From the NCBI GenBank assembly GCA_963713865.1, contig OY970208.1:2496001-2560000 (forward strand): DNA of 64,000 bases, given 5' to 3'. Positions 1-10,075 of the stretch are shown in pieces; within the stretch, counting starts at the first letter, position 1; each line of letters starts with the position of its first letter. The DNA is from an uncultured candidate division Zixibacteria bacterium (GTDB taxonomy: Bacteria > Zixibacteria > MSB-5A5 > RBG-16-43-9). The position numbers and the translations under genes are program-made. The notes below the pieces were generated by a model that had not been told where the DNA came from, searched no databases, and saw only the letters and a list, made by a program, of their open reading frames with translations.

Positions 1-1853
1 AAATCACCCATTACATCACCCATAAACTCCTCCGGCACAGTTACCTCAACATTATATACCGGCTCAAGCAACACCGGCTTTGCCTCTGCAGCTGCTTTTT
101 TAAATCCCATTGAGCCAGCTATTTTAAAAGCCATATCCGAGGAATCAACTGTATGATAGGTACCATCGTAGATGGAGACTTTCAGATCCACCATCTTATA
201 ACCTGCTACTACCCCTTCGTTCATCGCCTCCACCACCCCCTTCTCTACTGCAGGGATATACTTACCGGGAACTGCCCCACCTACAACCTCATCTACAAAC
301 TGAAATCCTTCACTCCGCCCCAGAGGCTCCAATCTTAACCAGCAATCACCATACTGCCCTCTGCCTCCTGATTGTCTTTTATATTTACCCTGGGCTTCAA
401 CCTTGGCTTTGATCGTTTCTCTGAAAGGTATTCTGGGCTTCTCGATCTCTACTTCTACCCCGAATTTCCTCTTTAGTCTATCCACAATTACCTCTAAGTG
501 CAGTTCGCCCTGTCCATAAACGATGGTCTGTTTTATATCTGCATCCACCTCCATAATGAAAGTCGGGTCTTCCTCGTGCAATTTTGAAAAACCATTGGCA
601 ATCTTTTCCTCATCTCCTTTAGCTTTAGCTCTAATAGCTAAATTTATCACCGGTTTAGGAAATTCAATAGCTGGAAGCACAATCGGGTCTTTTTTATCAC
701 ATAGGGTATCTCCGGTATGAGTATTTTTCAGTTTAACCACCGCACCTAAATCCCCAGCTATGACCATCCCGGTCTCTCTTCTCTCTCTGCCATTCATCGC
801 AGAGATCTGTCCAATTCGCTCTGTGGTATTAGTAACTGAATTGAAAACGTCCTCTCCGGTTTTGAGTTTCCCTGAAAATACTTTAAAAAAGGAGAGCTCA
901 CCTACATGTGGTTCCGATACAGTTTTAAACACTAAAGTAGCCAGAGAACCATCCGGAGATATCTTTATAACTTTTTCTTTATCAGAATTATGTACTTTAA
1001 CTTTTAACTCCCCAAAATCAGCCGGGGAAGGAAAGAAATCCACCACATGTTCTAAAAGGAGCTTAACTCCCCAGCAATTTGTAGCAGAGCCACAAAAGAT
1101 TGGAAAAAGTTTATGTTCTTTAATCCCTTTTCTTAAACCGATTTTAAACTCCTCCTCGGTTAAAGCTCCTTTTTCAAAATATTTCTCTAAAAGATTATCT
1201 TCTGCTTCAGCCACAGCTTCTATTAATTTCTCCCTGGCTTTTTTAACCTTCTCCTCTAATTCTGGAGGGATTTTATCCTCTTTTGTCTCAGTTCCACTAA
1301 ATAGATAAGCCTTCATCTTAACCAGATCAACCATTCCTTTGAAATTTAGTCCTTCATCTACCGGTATCTGTAAAGGTATAGCTTGATGGCCAAATCTTTT
1401 TTGAACTGCTTTAACCACTTTATCAAATTCCGAATGTTCTTTATCCAGTTTATTTATAAAGAAAGCTCTGGAGATTCCATATTTCTCAGCAATTGACCAG
1501 ACCTGCTCAGTTCCAACCTCAACTCCGGATAAAGCTGAAAGTAAAATCAAAGCTGTTTCAGTCACCCTTAATCCACCTACCACCTCTCCTATAAAATCTG
1601 CATAACCCGGCATATCAACTAAATTAATCTTACAATCTTTCCATTCCAAATGCAGCAGGGAAGCGGAAATTGAGATTTTACGGGAAATCTCATCTTCATT
1701 ATAATCTGAAACTGTGTTCCCCTCATCCACCTTGCCCAACCGGGTAGTAATCCCTGTAGTATAAAGCATCGCCTCCACCAGGGAGGTCTTACCTGCACCT
1801 CCATGCGCTACCACCCCCAGATTTCTAAGCTGTTCACTTTTAAATTCCTTCAA
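1..1853 (-). CDS. fusA: Elongation factor G (EF-G/EF-G2 family), 3' end outside window
   Basis: Manual translation: TTG start at 1853 after an AGGAGG RBS; AHGGAGKTS P-loop, DMPGYADF, FINKLD, KKQSGGRGQYG, FMGDVMGD; start and position 3 are in the same frame. Confidence 0.93.
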   Translation of the reverse strand, partial: MKEFKSEQLRNLGVVAHGGAGKTSLVEAMLYTTGITTRLGKVDEGNTVSDYNEDEISRKISISASLLHLEWKDCKINLVDMPGYADFIGEVVGGLRVTETALILLSALSGVEVGTEQVWSIAEKYGISRAFFINKLDKEHSEFDKVVKAVQKRFGHQAIPLQIPVDEGLNFKGMVDLVKMKAYLFSGTETKEDKIPPELEEKVKKAREKLIEAVAEAEDNLLEKYFEKGALTEEEFKIGLRKGIKEHKLFPIFCGSATNCWGVKLLLEHVVDFFPSPADFGELKVKVHNSDKEKVIKISPDGSLATLVFKTVSEPHVGELSFFKVFSGKLKTGEDVFNSVTNTTERIGQISAMNGRERRETGMVIAGDLGAVVKLKNTHTGDTLCDKKDPIVLPAIEFPKPVINLAIRAKAKGDEEKIANGFSKLHEEDPTFIMEVDADIKQTIVYGQGELHLEVIVDRLKRKFGVEVEIEKPRIPFRETIKAKVEAQGKYKRQSGGRGQYGDCWLRLEPLGRSEGFQFVDEVVGGAVPGKYIPAVEKGVVEAMNEGVVAGYKMVDLKVSIYDGTYHTVDSSDMAFKIAGSMGFKKAAAEAKPVLLEPVYNVEVTVPEEFMGDVMGD

Positions 1854-2091
1854 ACTATCCTCCTTATTTTCAGATAAATCTGCTATGTAATTCAAAACAC
1901 CAAAATATATATTATTTATAATTTGTCAACTATCTTCTTCTCAAAAAAAGAAGAGACGCATCGCCATGCGTCTCTACAATCTTCCTTTTACCTTTTTCCT
2001 CTCACCTTTATAGACAAAATCCTGTCGGGTGGCTCGCTACAAGCGAGCAACTCGACCTACATATCTATTCCCGAAATATCAAATGATTATG

Positions 2092-3030
2092 CTACTTTGA
2101 ATCCTCGGATTCGAAAAATCTTCGCTGTAAATCCTTCACAATTTCCTCCACCATATTTTTAAATGCCTTATCCTTGAAATTCTCTTCAGCCATATAGCCT
2201 TTAAAAACTGCCCATCCTTTTTCCTTTTCATCTTTCTGAACATAATTTAAAAATATTGAAATAGCTTTACCTATATAATAATCTGAACCCTTTTCCTCAA
2301 TATCCATTTCTTTTATATCCTTCTCTATCTCGTATATCTTCTCTTCATAATATAAGGAAAATTCCTTTGATGCTTCTTGATATCTATCCTTTTCCCAGGT
2401 ATAGATAAAATCAACGCTGGGTGAACAGGCATGGCAGAGGTCCATATACCTATTCACTTCCCATTCAGCATCCAGAACCAAAAGCTCATCTATGGCGTCT
2501 CCATTCAAATCGCGTATTCCATGAATAACCTGCGTTTCCGGAAGATGGGGAAGAAATTCCCTAACCTTATGATCTTTTACCTGAAACACCTTCAAATACT
2601 CACAGGTCCAGCAGTTTCCACCAGTCCCACCGGTAACAATTAATTCTTTTAATCCATCCTTATTTATATCTTTAGCTCTACTGCTATCTCCACTTAGACT
2701 ATTTCCCAATTCATAGGACCACTCAACTAAGTTATAGATCTCAATTAATCTTGTTCCTTTCAGTTCATAGACAACCATACTATCCTGACGGTTTAAATCA
2801 TCTGACTCCTGCTGGCTGATGATGGCTATCACCTGCTGGTTTTTGTTATCCAGACTTTCGAAGATTGTATCTTTTATGCTATAACCCTCCTTCAAATTTG
2901 CGACTATCTCCCTCTGAAAAATCTCTCTGGTATCCTTTTCTTTTTTCTTAAACAGGAGTGAAAGCAAGAGAATAAGAACTATTACCCCGATTAAGATCAA
3001 CCCTGAAATATAAATCTGTTTTTTCTGCAT
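2092..3030 (-). CDS. Hypothetical membrane-anchored protein with FG-GAP-like motifs
   Basis: 312 aa ORF, N-terminal TM, DINKDGLKELIV and DLNGDAIDELLV motifs, two CxxC. Confidence 0.7.
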   Translation of the reverse strand: MQKKQIYISGLILIGVIVLILLLSLLFKKKEKDTREIFQREIVANLKEGYSIKDTIFESLDNKNQQVIAIISQQESDDLNRQDSMVVYELKGTRLIEIYNLVEWSYELGNSLSGDSSRAKDINKDGLKELIVTGGTGGNCWTCEYLKVFQVKDHKVREFLPHLPETQVIHGIRDLNGDAIDELLVLDAEWEVNRYMDLCHACSPSVDFIYTWEKDRYQEASKEFSLYYEEKIYEIEKDIKEMDIEEKGSDYYIGKAISIFLNYVQKDEKEKGWAVFKGYMAEENFKDKAFKNMVEEIVKDLQRRFFESEDSK

Positions 3031-3227
3031 AATGTTTGGCGAAAAATAAGCAAATCCTCATCTATTGTCAAATAAAAAAAGAACAAAAAATGGCGGAATA
3101 CTGTTTTATCCCTGCAGATAATTATCCTCTGCTTTGTAAGGAGAGGGAAAGAGGGGGGTTATACGGTAAGCCAGTCTTTTGTCTGACTCTAAAAAATGAA
3201 AGGTTGTCCCGCCTCTGGCAGGATGTT

Positions 3228-5894
3228 CTACATCTCTTTCAGCAGTTCTTTGATATCATAATCCTGAAAATTCTCTAACGTCTTTTTATTTAAATCGATT
3301 TTATCTTTTTTCAAATTTAATCTGTAAGAACCAACACGATTATTCTCGATCAGTGGTTTTTCTGAATGAGGAAGTTCTCTTTTCAGACGGTAAATGTACT
3401 TCCCTTGGTTATCCCCTTCCTCCAAATCCAGTTTATGAATCCAGCCATCCTCCTTTTTAAAAACTGCCCAGGCTAATTTGAATAAATATCTGAAACTTTT
3501 ATGGCTGAGCAGAAACCTTCTGCCATTTAGAATAATCGTATATTTCCCCTTAACCAAACTTCCATCTAAAATAAGTTTGCTTTTGGTAGAATCTCTTTTC
3601 CAGAAATTGAAGGTAGGGGCGTATTGCCTTACAACCCTACCAATTTTCCCGGACTCTTGAAGCTTTATCTCTTCTTTTAGCTTGATACCCACCTTTTCAG
3701 GAATTATATTTTTCAACTCCTCTAATTTTATTTCCTTAATCTGGTTTTTAGAGGTAATTCCTTTCAGAGATAGTTTCCAGAGAAAATTTCGTCCCAACCC
3801 TGAGACCTTTAATTTTGCTATTTCAATCATATCCTGACCTATCCCAAACTGAACTTGCCATGCTAAATTCTTTAAAATCTTTTCCAATCCCTCCCCGCAA
3901 TTCAAAATCCGGGCAATGGCAGAGGTAGAATCTAAAAGCCAGGCAAGCTCCTGGGCAATCTGGGAGATAAAACCACTTCTCAGACCATATTCATTTTCTA
4001 AATCATATAGAGGAGCAGGAGTTATCCAGTCACAGAAAAACAAAGAAAGTTTAAGCCTGGAAAGCTGCCTGGAGGATAACTGTCCACTTGAGATGGATAA
4101 AAACTCTTTTAACCTTTGCTCTGAGATACTATCCTGAGTAAATCTTCCTTTTAGTTTTTCTTGATAAACCCTGTTCTCTATTTCATGAAAAGTAAGAGGC
4201 GTATAAATCCTTTCACCATCTTTAGTCTTAAGAAGTTCATAAAACCAGCCCAATGGGTCTCCGATTGGATCCATTGTGAACAAATTCGGATTAACCGGTT
4301 CGGATGAGCTTTCTTTTTCCAGTTTTCTCTTGATCGCCAAGCCAGTTTCAATTTTTATCCCCTGGATAGATATGACTTTCCCCAAAGCAGTTACATAAAG
4401 GGCACCTTTTTCATCTGAGGTTAATATATTTTCCTCAATCAATTTTGAAATATTTTCATTTATACCATTTTGATCTCGATTTATAACGTCAGCTGAAAAG
4501 GTGTTGGCTAAATACTTTCTCAACCCTGCAGAATCCTTAGCCAGGCCCGAGGATACCAGGTCGAGGATGACATCCTCTAAATCTATTTTATCCAGAACCG
4601 GAATCAGCTTTTCTTCCTTGCCTTCGACATACTTATCCCAGAGTGAATCGAAATGAAACTGGTTACCTGCTAAAAGAACTGACCTGCCAAACTCTTTTTC
4701 CAGACCGAATCTTCCAGCTCTTCCGGACATATTCTCATATTCATTCCAGGTTAAGGGAACCATAACCCCTTTGTCGGTAAACTCGCCGCTTTCATATTTC
4801 AAGGTTTCTATAAAAACCGTCCTGGCTGGGAGATTTACCCCCATGGCTAAGGTGCTGGTTGCAAATACCAGTTTAATCTCTTTTTCAAGATAGGAATGTT
4901 CGACTAAACCCCTTTCTTCATAGGTTAAATCAGCATTATGGAATGCAATCCCTTTTTGGAGGCAGAATTCTAACTTTTCCTTAAGGCTGGTAACTTCAAG
5001 CTCAGCTAACTTCTCTAACACTTCGGAGGCAGGTTCTCCTTTGAACTCATCTGCAAATAGAATAGCCATCTTGATAGTCTCATTTCTGCTTTTCAGGAAG
5101 ACTAAAACCTGTTCTCCTTTCTCTAAGAGCATCTGGAGATTGGGAAATAGAATTTTTTCTATTTCTTCGCTTTCAACTTCTATGAATTTCTCCTCTCCTT
5201 CTTCCTGAGAGTTATATTCTTTATAAGTAAATATTCCTTTATATAGAATCCCCTGTAAAAGCTCAACCGGTCTCTTTTTCTCTAAAAGGTACTTGCATCC
5301 CAGCCAGGAAGCTAATCTCTCTACCTCCCCCAAGACTGCAGATAAGCCAATAATCTGTGGTTTGTATCCGGAATTCAGAACTTTGAGCAAAGCCAACTCC
5401 AAAACCTGACCCCGTGAGCTGTCTCCGATCATCTGTAACTCATCTATGATCAAAAGGTCTATGTTCCTCAGTAAGTCTAAGTTTTTAAGCAGCAGTTGAT
5501 TGAACTTTTCATATATCATAATACCTAAATCGAAATCACCTTTTTCCAAATCTGAATCAAACTCCCTTCTGTCTTTTGTAGATATAACTATCTTTATCCC
5601 TAAATTTGAATATTTAGTTTGAAAATCTGAAAACTTCTCCTCGGCAATTGCCTTAAGCGGAACCAGATAAACTGTCTTTTTTCGTCTAAAAATAGAACTG
5701 ATAGCCGCCATTTCTCCACAGAATGTCTTTCCGGAAGAAGTAGGGGCTGAGATTATCAGACTCTCCCCATTTAAAAGATTAAAACGCGTAACTGCTGATG
5801 ATTGTAAAGGTAATAACTTTTCCCCCTGACTTTCTTCCCAGGTCTTGATAATACTTTCCGGGATACCATATTTTAATAATTTTTTAACTTCCAT
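3228..5894 (-). CDS. Ski2/Hel308-like DEAD/DEAH-box helicase with C-terminal putative winged-HTH
   Basis: APTSSGKT, IIDELQM, GLSA, AFHNADL, ATSTLAMGVNLPA, MSGRAGR; GGAGG RBS. Confidence 0.9.
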   Translation of the reverse strand: MEVKKLLKYGIPESIIKTWEESQGEKLLPLQSSAVTRFNLLNGESLIISAPTSSGKTFCGEMAAISSIFRRKKTVYLVPLKAIAEEKFSDFQTKYSNLGIKIVISTKDRREFDSDLEKGDFDLGIMIYEKFNQLLLKNLDLLRNIDLLIIDELQMIGDSSRGQVLELALLKVLNSGYKPQIIGLSAVLGEVERLASWLGCKYLLEKKRPVELLQGILYKGIFTYKEYNSQEEGEEKFIEVESEEIEKILFPNLQMLLEKGEQVLVFLKSRNETIKMAILFADEFKGEPASEVLEKLAELEVTSLKEKLEFCLQKGIAFHNADLTYEERGLVEHSYLEKEIKLVFATSTLAMGVNLPARTVFIETLKYESGEFTDKGVMVPLTWNEYENMSGRAGRFGLEKEFGRSVLLAGNQFHFDSLWDKYVEGKEEKLIPVLDKIDLEDVILDLVSSGLAKDSAGLRKYLANTFSADVINRDQNGINENISKLIEENILTSDEKGALYVTALGKVISIQGIKIETGLAIKRKLEKESSSEPVNPNLFTMDPIGDPLGWFYELLKTKDGERIYTPLTFHEIENRVYQEKLKGRFTQDSISEQRLKEFLSISSGQLSSRQLSRLKLSLFFCDWITPAPLYDLENEYGLRSGFISQIAQELAWLLDSTSAIARILNCGEGLEKILKNLAWQVQFGIGQDMIEIAKLKVSGLGRNFLWKLSLKGITSKNQIKEIKLEELKNIIPEKVGIKLKEEIKLQESGKIGRVVRQYAPTFNFWKRDSTKSKLILDGSLVKGKYTIILNGRRFLLSHKSFRYLFKLAWAVFKKEDGWIHKLDLEEGDNQGKYIYRLKRELPHSEKPLIENNRVGSYRLNLKKDKIDLNKKTLENFQDYDIKELLKEM

Positions 5895-5983
5895 TTACCC
5901 CTCCATAGAAAAACAGTCTAAAGTCTATAGTCCATAGGCTATAGTCTTTTTTAGCCTTTAGACTATAGCCTTTTGCCTATATT

Positions 5984-6012
5984 ATAATACTGCCCATTTG
6001 TGCAGTTGTCAA
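5984..6012 (-). promoter_or_regulatory. Sigma70-type promoter of the helicase with a palindrome in the spacer
   Basis: TTGACA-17bp-TATTAT on minus strand; ACTGC-N8-GCAGT in the spacer. Confidence 0.6.
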
Positions 6013-6450
6013 GAAAAAAATAAAAAAAGTGATAAATTTGTCATTGCGAGGAATCCCCTACGGGGACGACGAAGCAATCTGTCTCCTGAAAGATAAACGG
6101 ATTGCTTCGCTCCTTTTAGTCGCTCGCAAAGACACTTTCTGTGTAGTAGCTTGAGTTAGTGGTAGCTCAGACATTCCTGTCTGAGCTTTAAGGAATCCCG
6201 CCTTGGGCGGGATTCTACCAACTTTAAAACAAAAGACCCAGGTTAAGAACAACCCGGGTCTACCAGTTTTTATAAAGAAGAATGGTAAGGAATGGTTATT
6301 TACGGTCACGAATCACGGGCAACAGTCACTCTCTTTTCACTCCAAAATCAATTTCTCAAACTGATCCACCAAACTATTGAAAAGCTCAATCGTTTTATTA
6401 ATCGGCTCAGGAGAGCTCATATCCACACCCGCTTTTTTCAGGATATTAAT
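6006..6450. repeat. Diverged direct repeat copy 1 (pepF 3' end plus downstream intergenic region)
   Basis: Colinear blocks shared with 10649-11236. Confidence 0.9.
6337..6450 (-). pseudogene. 3'-terminal fragment of a second pepF allele
   Basis: Translates INILKKAGVDMSSPEPINKTIELFNSLVDQFEKLILE*, versus ...MTSPEP...KLIME* in intact pepF. Confidence 0.9.
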
Positions 6451-6461
6451 TATAATAAAGA

Positions 6462-6628
6462 TCAAATCTGAGGTACTGGTAGGCCTCGAGATAAAACTAG
6501 TTCTGCCTCCGGCAATATGCGAACAATGCTCTCTTCTGTAAATCGATGCCGACCCATATTATCCTCTTTCCTCAGTCCAGTTTAATGTACTAACTTCTAA
6601 GCTGGACCGAAATATGGGGGGCAGGTCA
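6462..6628 (-). mobile_element. IS3-family (IS407-like) remnant: left end plus truncated orfA
   Basis: Minus strand starts TGACCTGCCCCCC (IS3/IS407-type IRL); ATG at 6557 gives MGRHRFTEESIVRILPEAELVLSRGLPVPQI*. Confidence 0.75.
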
Positions 6629-6684
6629 CTCCTTTCACGTCGCCTTTTGGACCATCATCCATATAAGGCAGGACGTAAAGAACT

Positions 6685-7122
6685 TCACTTCTTTCTCTGC
6701 CCGACCTTCTTGTCACGCTCACGGTATTCTTTTTCGACCTTTTGCCTTTCTTGCTTTTCTACTCCACGATATTCCTTCTCGATCCTGGCTCTTTCTTCAT
6801 CATTTGCCTGATGTTGCCTGTAATGATCTCCGAACTTCGCATCCTTGCCGTAATTGTATTTCCTGAAGACGAAAACTCTGCGGTCTTCGTGCCTGGGGCG
6901 GTAATAATACCCATTGCCCACAAAATAGAAATCATAGAAATCGCAGTCTACGACCGTCGCACCCCACTGTTGATATCGATGGCAGTCATAGCAATAACGG
7001 GGATGGTCGTAAGAGTATGCCGTTCCGCCAGATATGCCTCCTCCACCGTACAAAACGCACCCGCCTATCACCAACCCCAATATCCCCAGGAGAACCCCTA
7101 AAACCAAGTTTCTGCTTGGCAT
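6685..7122 (-). CDS. Hypothetical lipoprotein-like protein, Tyr-rich with charged tail
   Basis: ATG at 7122 after AGGAGG; hydrophobic signal ending IGGC. Confidence 0.7.
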   Translation of the reverse strand: MPSRNLVLGVLLGILGLVIGGCVLYGGGGISGGTAYSYDHPRYCYDCHRYQQWGATVVDCDFYDFYFVGNGYYYRPRHEDRRVFVFRKYNYGKDAKFGDHYRQHQANDEERARIEKEYRGVEKQERQKVEKEYRERDKKVGQRKK

Positions 7123-7551
7123 TTCTGCCTCCTTTCTTGGTTTGTTGATTGTTTTTAGCCACTTGAGTGGCTTCTCGCCCAGCTTAACAAACCTGGTTCT
7201 AAAAGTCAAGGATTTTATCTAATCTTCTCCACGTTTTTCATCACCGAGGTTTTTTCGGACTGGCTTCAGCTCCTGATTATTAGGTGCAGTTTGATAAGCC
7301 AGGGAGCCATCCAAATTCTCAAGCTGCTTTGAGATATGTTCAGGTTAGCTACAGGGGTTAATTTTGTAATTTATTAAACTAAAAGAGAATACACGAGGGG
7401 TGAGTTAATATATTTTGGGAGAGAAAAACTACCCCTCTAAGGTCATAAACCCTCCTGTCCATCAGAACCACTCACTATTTCTCTAACTGTAGCAAGCAGG
7501 TATAGGCATCCTCGCCCCGCTGTGCGAGTATTTTGCACACACACCCCTGAA

Positions 7552-7614
7552 CTACTTCAAAAATCTCCAGCATTCCCATCCGGAATGGCTTTGTTTGTGC
7601 TTCAAGCGTCCGAA
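7552..7614 (-). pseudogene. Duplicated 3'-terminal fragment of the 8913-10010 gene
   Basis: 63 bp near-identical to 8913-8975; FGRLKHKQSHSGWECWRFLK* versus ...WRFIK*. Confidence 0.85.
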
Positions 7615-7641
7615 TACCATTGTCAGGCGATGCTGGTTAAA

Positions 7642-7866
7642 CTACGGCTTTCTCTTGCGCCCAATGATGACCAATACAATTCCACCGGCAAGCGCTAATC
7701 CGCCAAAGAGAGGTGGCACCGGAAACCTCGTCTTGGCTTCTGCGCTGGTTTTGAAGGGGCCAATGTGGATGCCCTTCACGTGCGTGGTGAATGTGATGAA
7801 TTGTAAAAGAAGGACCAAGACGCCGAGGATAATGAGAACGAGTCCTATAAACATTATCGGTTTCAT
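7642..7866 (-). CDS. Small two-TM membrane protein (DUF3185-like)
   Basis: ATG 7866 with AAGGAG RBS; MKPIMFIGLVLIILG...HIGPF...PVPPLFGGLALAGG pattern. Confidence 0.7.
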   Translation of the reverse strand: MKPIMFIGLVLIILGVLVLLLQFITFTTHVKGIHIGPFKTSAEAKTRFPVPPLFGGLALAGGIVLVIIGRKRKP

Positions 7867-7909
7867 GCGTTTAAGCTCCTTTTTTGAGAAATCTTGCGAG
7901 TGCAAACGA

Positions 7910-8059
7910 CTACATCGGTTTGCGTCCTGTAATGACTCTGACCAGCACCACCACGATAGCGATAACCAGCAGAGCATGAATTACTCCGCCCATAGTGTAG
8001 CCGCTCAACAATCCAAGCAGCCACAAAACCAAAAGAATCACACAGATAGTCCAAAGCAT
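7910..8059 (-). CDS. lmo0937-family small membrane protein (49 aa, below the ORF-track cutoff)
   Basis: Manual translation MLWTICVILLVLWLLGLLSGYTMGGVIHALLVIAIVVVLVRVITGRKPM; AGGAG RBS. Confidence 0.85.
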   Translation of the reverse strand: MLWTICVILLVLWLLGLLSGYTMGGVIHALLVIAIVVVLVRVITGRKPM

Positions 8060-8163
8060 ATTCGGCTCCTTTCCGGCGAACAATGTCGCCTAATGTTAGA
8101 GTTAAATATGGAACCAAAACTGATCGAAACTTCATCCATCAGGAGGCCCGCACCTGCAACAAT

Positions 8164-8838
8164 TTAATTTGAACCGGCTTGAGCTTGCGCCGCCTTTTTC
8201 AGCTTGTCGTTCGCAAAAATGGCAACTTCAACGCGCCGGTTTTGCTGACGACCATAGTCCGTATCGTTTGAAGCGATTGGGTTCATCTCACCCAGGCCGA
8301 CCATGGAAATCCTTGAACCGGGAACACCACGACCCATTAGATAGTTGGTAACAGATTGAGCACGACGTTCGGACAATTTTAGGTTATAGTCTTCACTGCC
8401 GCTGTTGTCCGTATCTCCTTCAATGAGGATGTCCGTGTCGGGGTATTTGTTCAAAATCTTGGCGAGACTCTCGATGTTTGTTTTTGCCTGCGGTCGCAAG
8501 TCCGATTTATCCCAATCGAAAAGAAGGCCCGAATCAAACGTGATCTTGATTCCTTCTCCTATGCGCTCGATCCTCGCTCCTTTCAGATCCGCCCTTATCG
8601 CTGCGGCTCGCTTGTCCATCTCATTACCGATCAGAACCCCGGCTGTTCCCCCGACTGCCGCCCCGATGATGGCGCCAACGGCAGTGTTTCCTGCCGCATG
8701 TCCGATAACACCACCAATAGCTCCTCCGGCGCCTGCGCCGATCGCTCCGCCCTTGGCTTTGTTACTCCAGGAGGCGCACCCGTTACTGAGGGTGAAGAGC
8801 AAAGCCCCACACAACAACAGAATGACTGCTTTTTTCAT
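8164..8838 (-). CDS. OmpA-family lipoprotein with glycine zipper
   Basis: Lipobox-like SNGC, Gly zipper, LFDWDKSDL, NLKLSERRA, NRRVEV; RBS favours ATG 8838. Confidence 0.92.
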   Translation of the reverse strand: MKKAVILLLCGALLFTLSNGCASWSNKAKGGAIGAGAGGAIGGVIGHAAGNTAVGAIIGAAVGGTAGVLIGNEMDKRAAAIRADLKGARIERIGEGIKITFDSGLLFDWDKSDLRPQAKTNIESLAKILNKYPDTDILIEGDTDNSGSEDYNLKLSERRAQSVTNYLMGRGVPGSRISMVGLGEMNPIASNDTDYGRQQNRRVEVAIFANDKLKKAAQAQAGSN

Positions 8839-8912
8839 GGTGAACACTCCTTAAATTAGGATACTTTGTGATAAAGCAATTAAGTCGCTCAGCGATCTAG
8901 ACGCGATTTGGA

Positions 8913-10010
8913 TTACTTTATAAACCTCCAGCATTCCCATCCGGAATGGCTCTGTTTGTGCTTCAAGCGTCCGAAGCGCGGCGGGCGGTAGAATACCTCT
9001 ACCCCCTCGCTCATCCCCGGCAGGATGTAGGCAGAGTCTTCGGCGCAATCGCAGTGCTCAATGGATGCCGGTGTTTGTCCCTTCAATGTGGTCAAGGCCT
9101 GATCGTAGACACTGTCGACGGAGTGCAAGAATCCCTGCACGCGATCCACATCGTACACGGCAACAGTGACCGCCGTCTGGATATCTTCTGTCAGCCGGTC
9201 GAACGCATGCTGAGCGAACATCTTCGCAAATGCAGACACATCTCCACCTGGCAAACCGACATCCAGCTGCTCAAATGGACCGAGATCGAAGTAAGAAAGA
9301 TGAAGATTGTCGGGAGAAGCGATGATGTATCGCCCGTACGGAGCAAGCGCGGCGATGGTGTGGGGTGTGCCGTTGAAACACGTGGAGAGTACGATGAGAT
9401 CGAACTTCGTGGAATCGCCTGTGATGCGTATCAATCCGTCGGCTAGGTCATCTACCGTGAACGTCCGATGCGAGTACGATGCATCGTAGCCGGCGCCGCC
9501 GAATTCAGGGATTTCGTGACCGAAGTAGAGGAACAATCTCACCAGCTGAGGTCGCTCTTCCGCGCGGAAGCGGTGATAGAGCTCCACTTCAGGATCGAAG
9601 CGAGATGGTCCCTGACCGCGCCAGTACGATTCTTTGGCAAGGAGCCGTCCGTTCCGGTAATAATAGAATTTTCCGTCACGGAGAGGAAAAAAGAGCAAGA
9701 TGTGCCTCCTGCGTCTTTCATGAAAGATGAACACCTCGGCTTGCGTGTTCCGCTCAGCGACCGTTTTCGCTTTTGCGAGAGCCTCCTCATCTGCTCTGTA
9801 CGCATTGCCGCGGGCATCATGATAGAGGTAGCCACCATCGCCGTGGATGATGCATACGATTGAGTAGCGCGGTGGTGTGAGCATACTCTCCTCCCCAAGC
9901 GGAGTTACACGGTGAGCAGGGAGGATGGAACTGCACGAAGAGAGGAACAACGCGAGTGCCACGCAGGAGCTGACACCCGCAAAGAGCATCGCAGCATCCA
10001 TGCGTGGCAC
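8913..10010 (-). CDS. Putative lipoprotein, possible clostripain/clan CD cysteine-peptidase fold
   Basis: LSSC lipobox; YFGHE and FDLIVLSTCFNG resemble His/Cys dyad motifs; start uncertain. Confidence 0.55.
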   Translation of the reverse strand: MPRMDAAMLFAGVSSCVALALFLSSCSSILPAHRVTPLGEESMLTPPRYSIVCIIHGDGGYLYHDARGNAYRADEEALAKAKTVAERNTQAEVFIFHERRRRHILLFFPLRDGKFYYYRNGRLLAKESYWRGQGPSRFDPEVELYHRFRAEERPQLVRLFLYFGHEIPEFGGAGYDASYSHRTFTVDDLADGLIRITGDSTKFDLIVLSTCFNGTPHTIAALAPYGRYIIASPDNLHLSYFDLGPFEQLDVGLPGGDVSAFAKMFAQHAFDRLTEDIQTAVTVAVYDVDRVQGFLHSVDSVYDQALTTLKGQTPASIEHCDCAEDSAYILPGMSEGVEVFYRPPRFGRLKHKQSHSGWECWRFIK

Positions 10011-10075
10011 TCGTGAAAAATCGTTTGAGAGGGCTTTGCATACCCAAGGCCGAGAATGTTCGCTCTCTGGAGAGA

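Noticed and set aside
153-1308. Plus-strand ORFs here and the many similar ones opposite genes throughout the window
   Set aside because: Antisense shadows of well-supported genes, with no RBS or motifs
6058-6309. 83-aa ORF (also 49527-49772 and 37989-38219)
   Set aside because: Translation of palindromic repeats, not a credible gene
7552-8975. 63-bp repeat at a gene end as a DGR template/variable pair
   Set aside because: No reverse transcriptase; differences are few, synonymous or conservative, and not restricted to adenines
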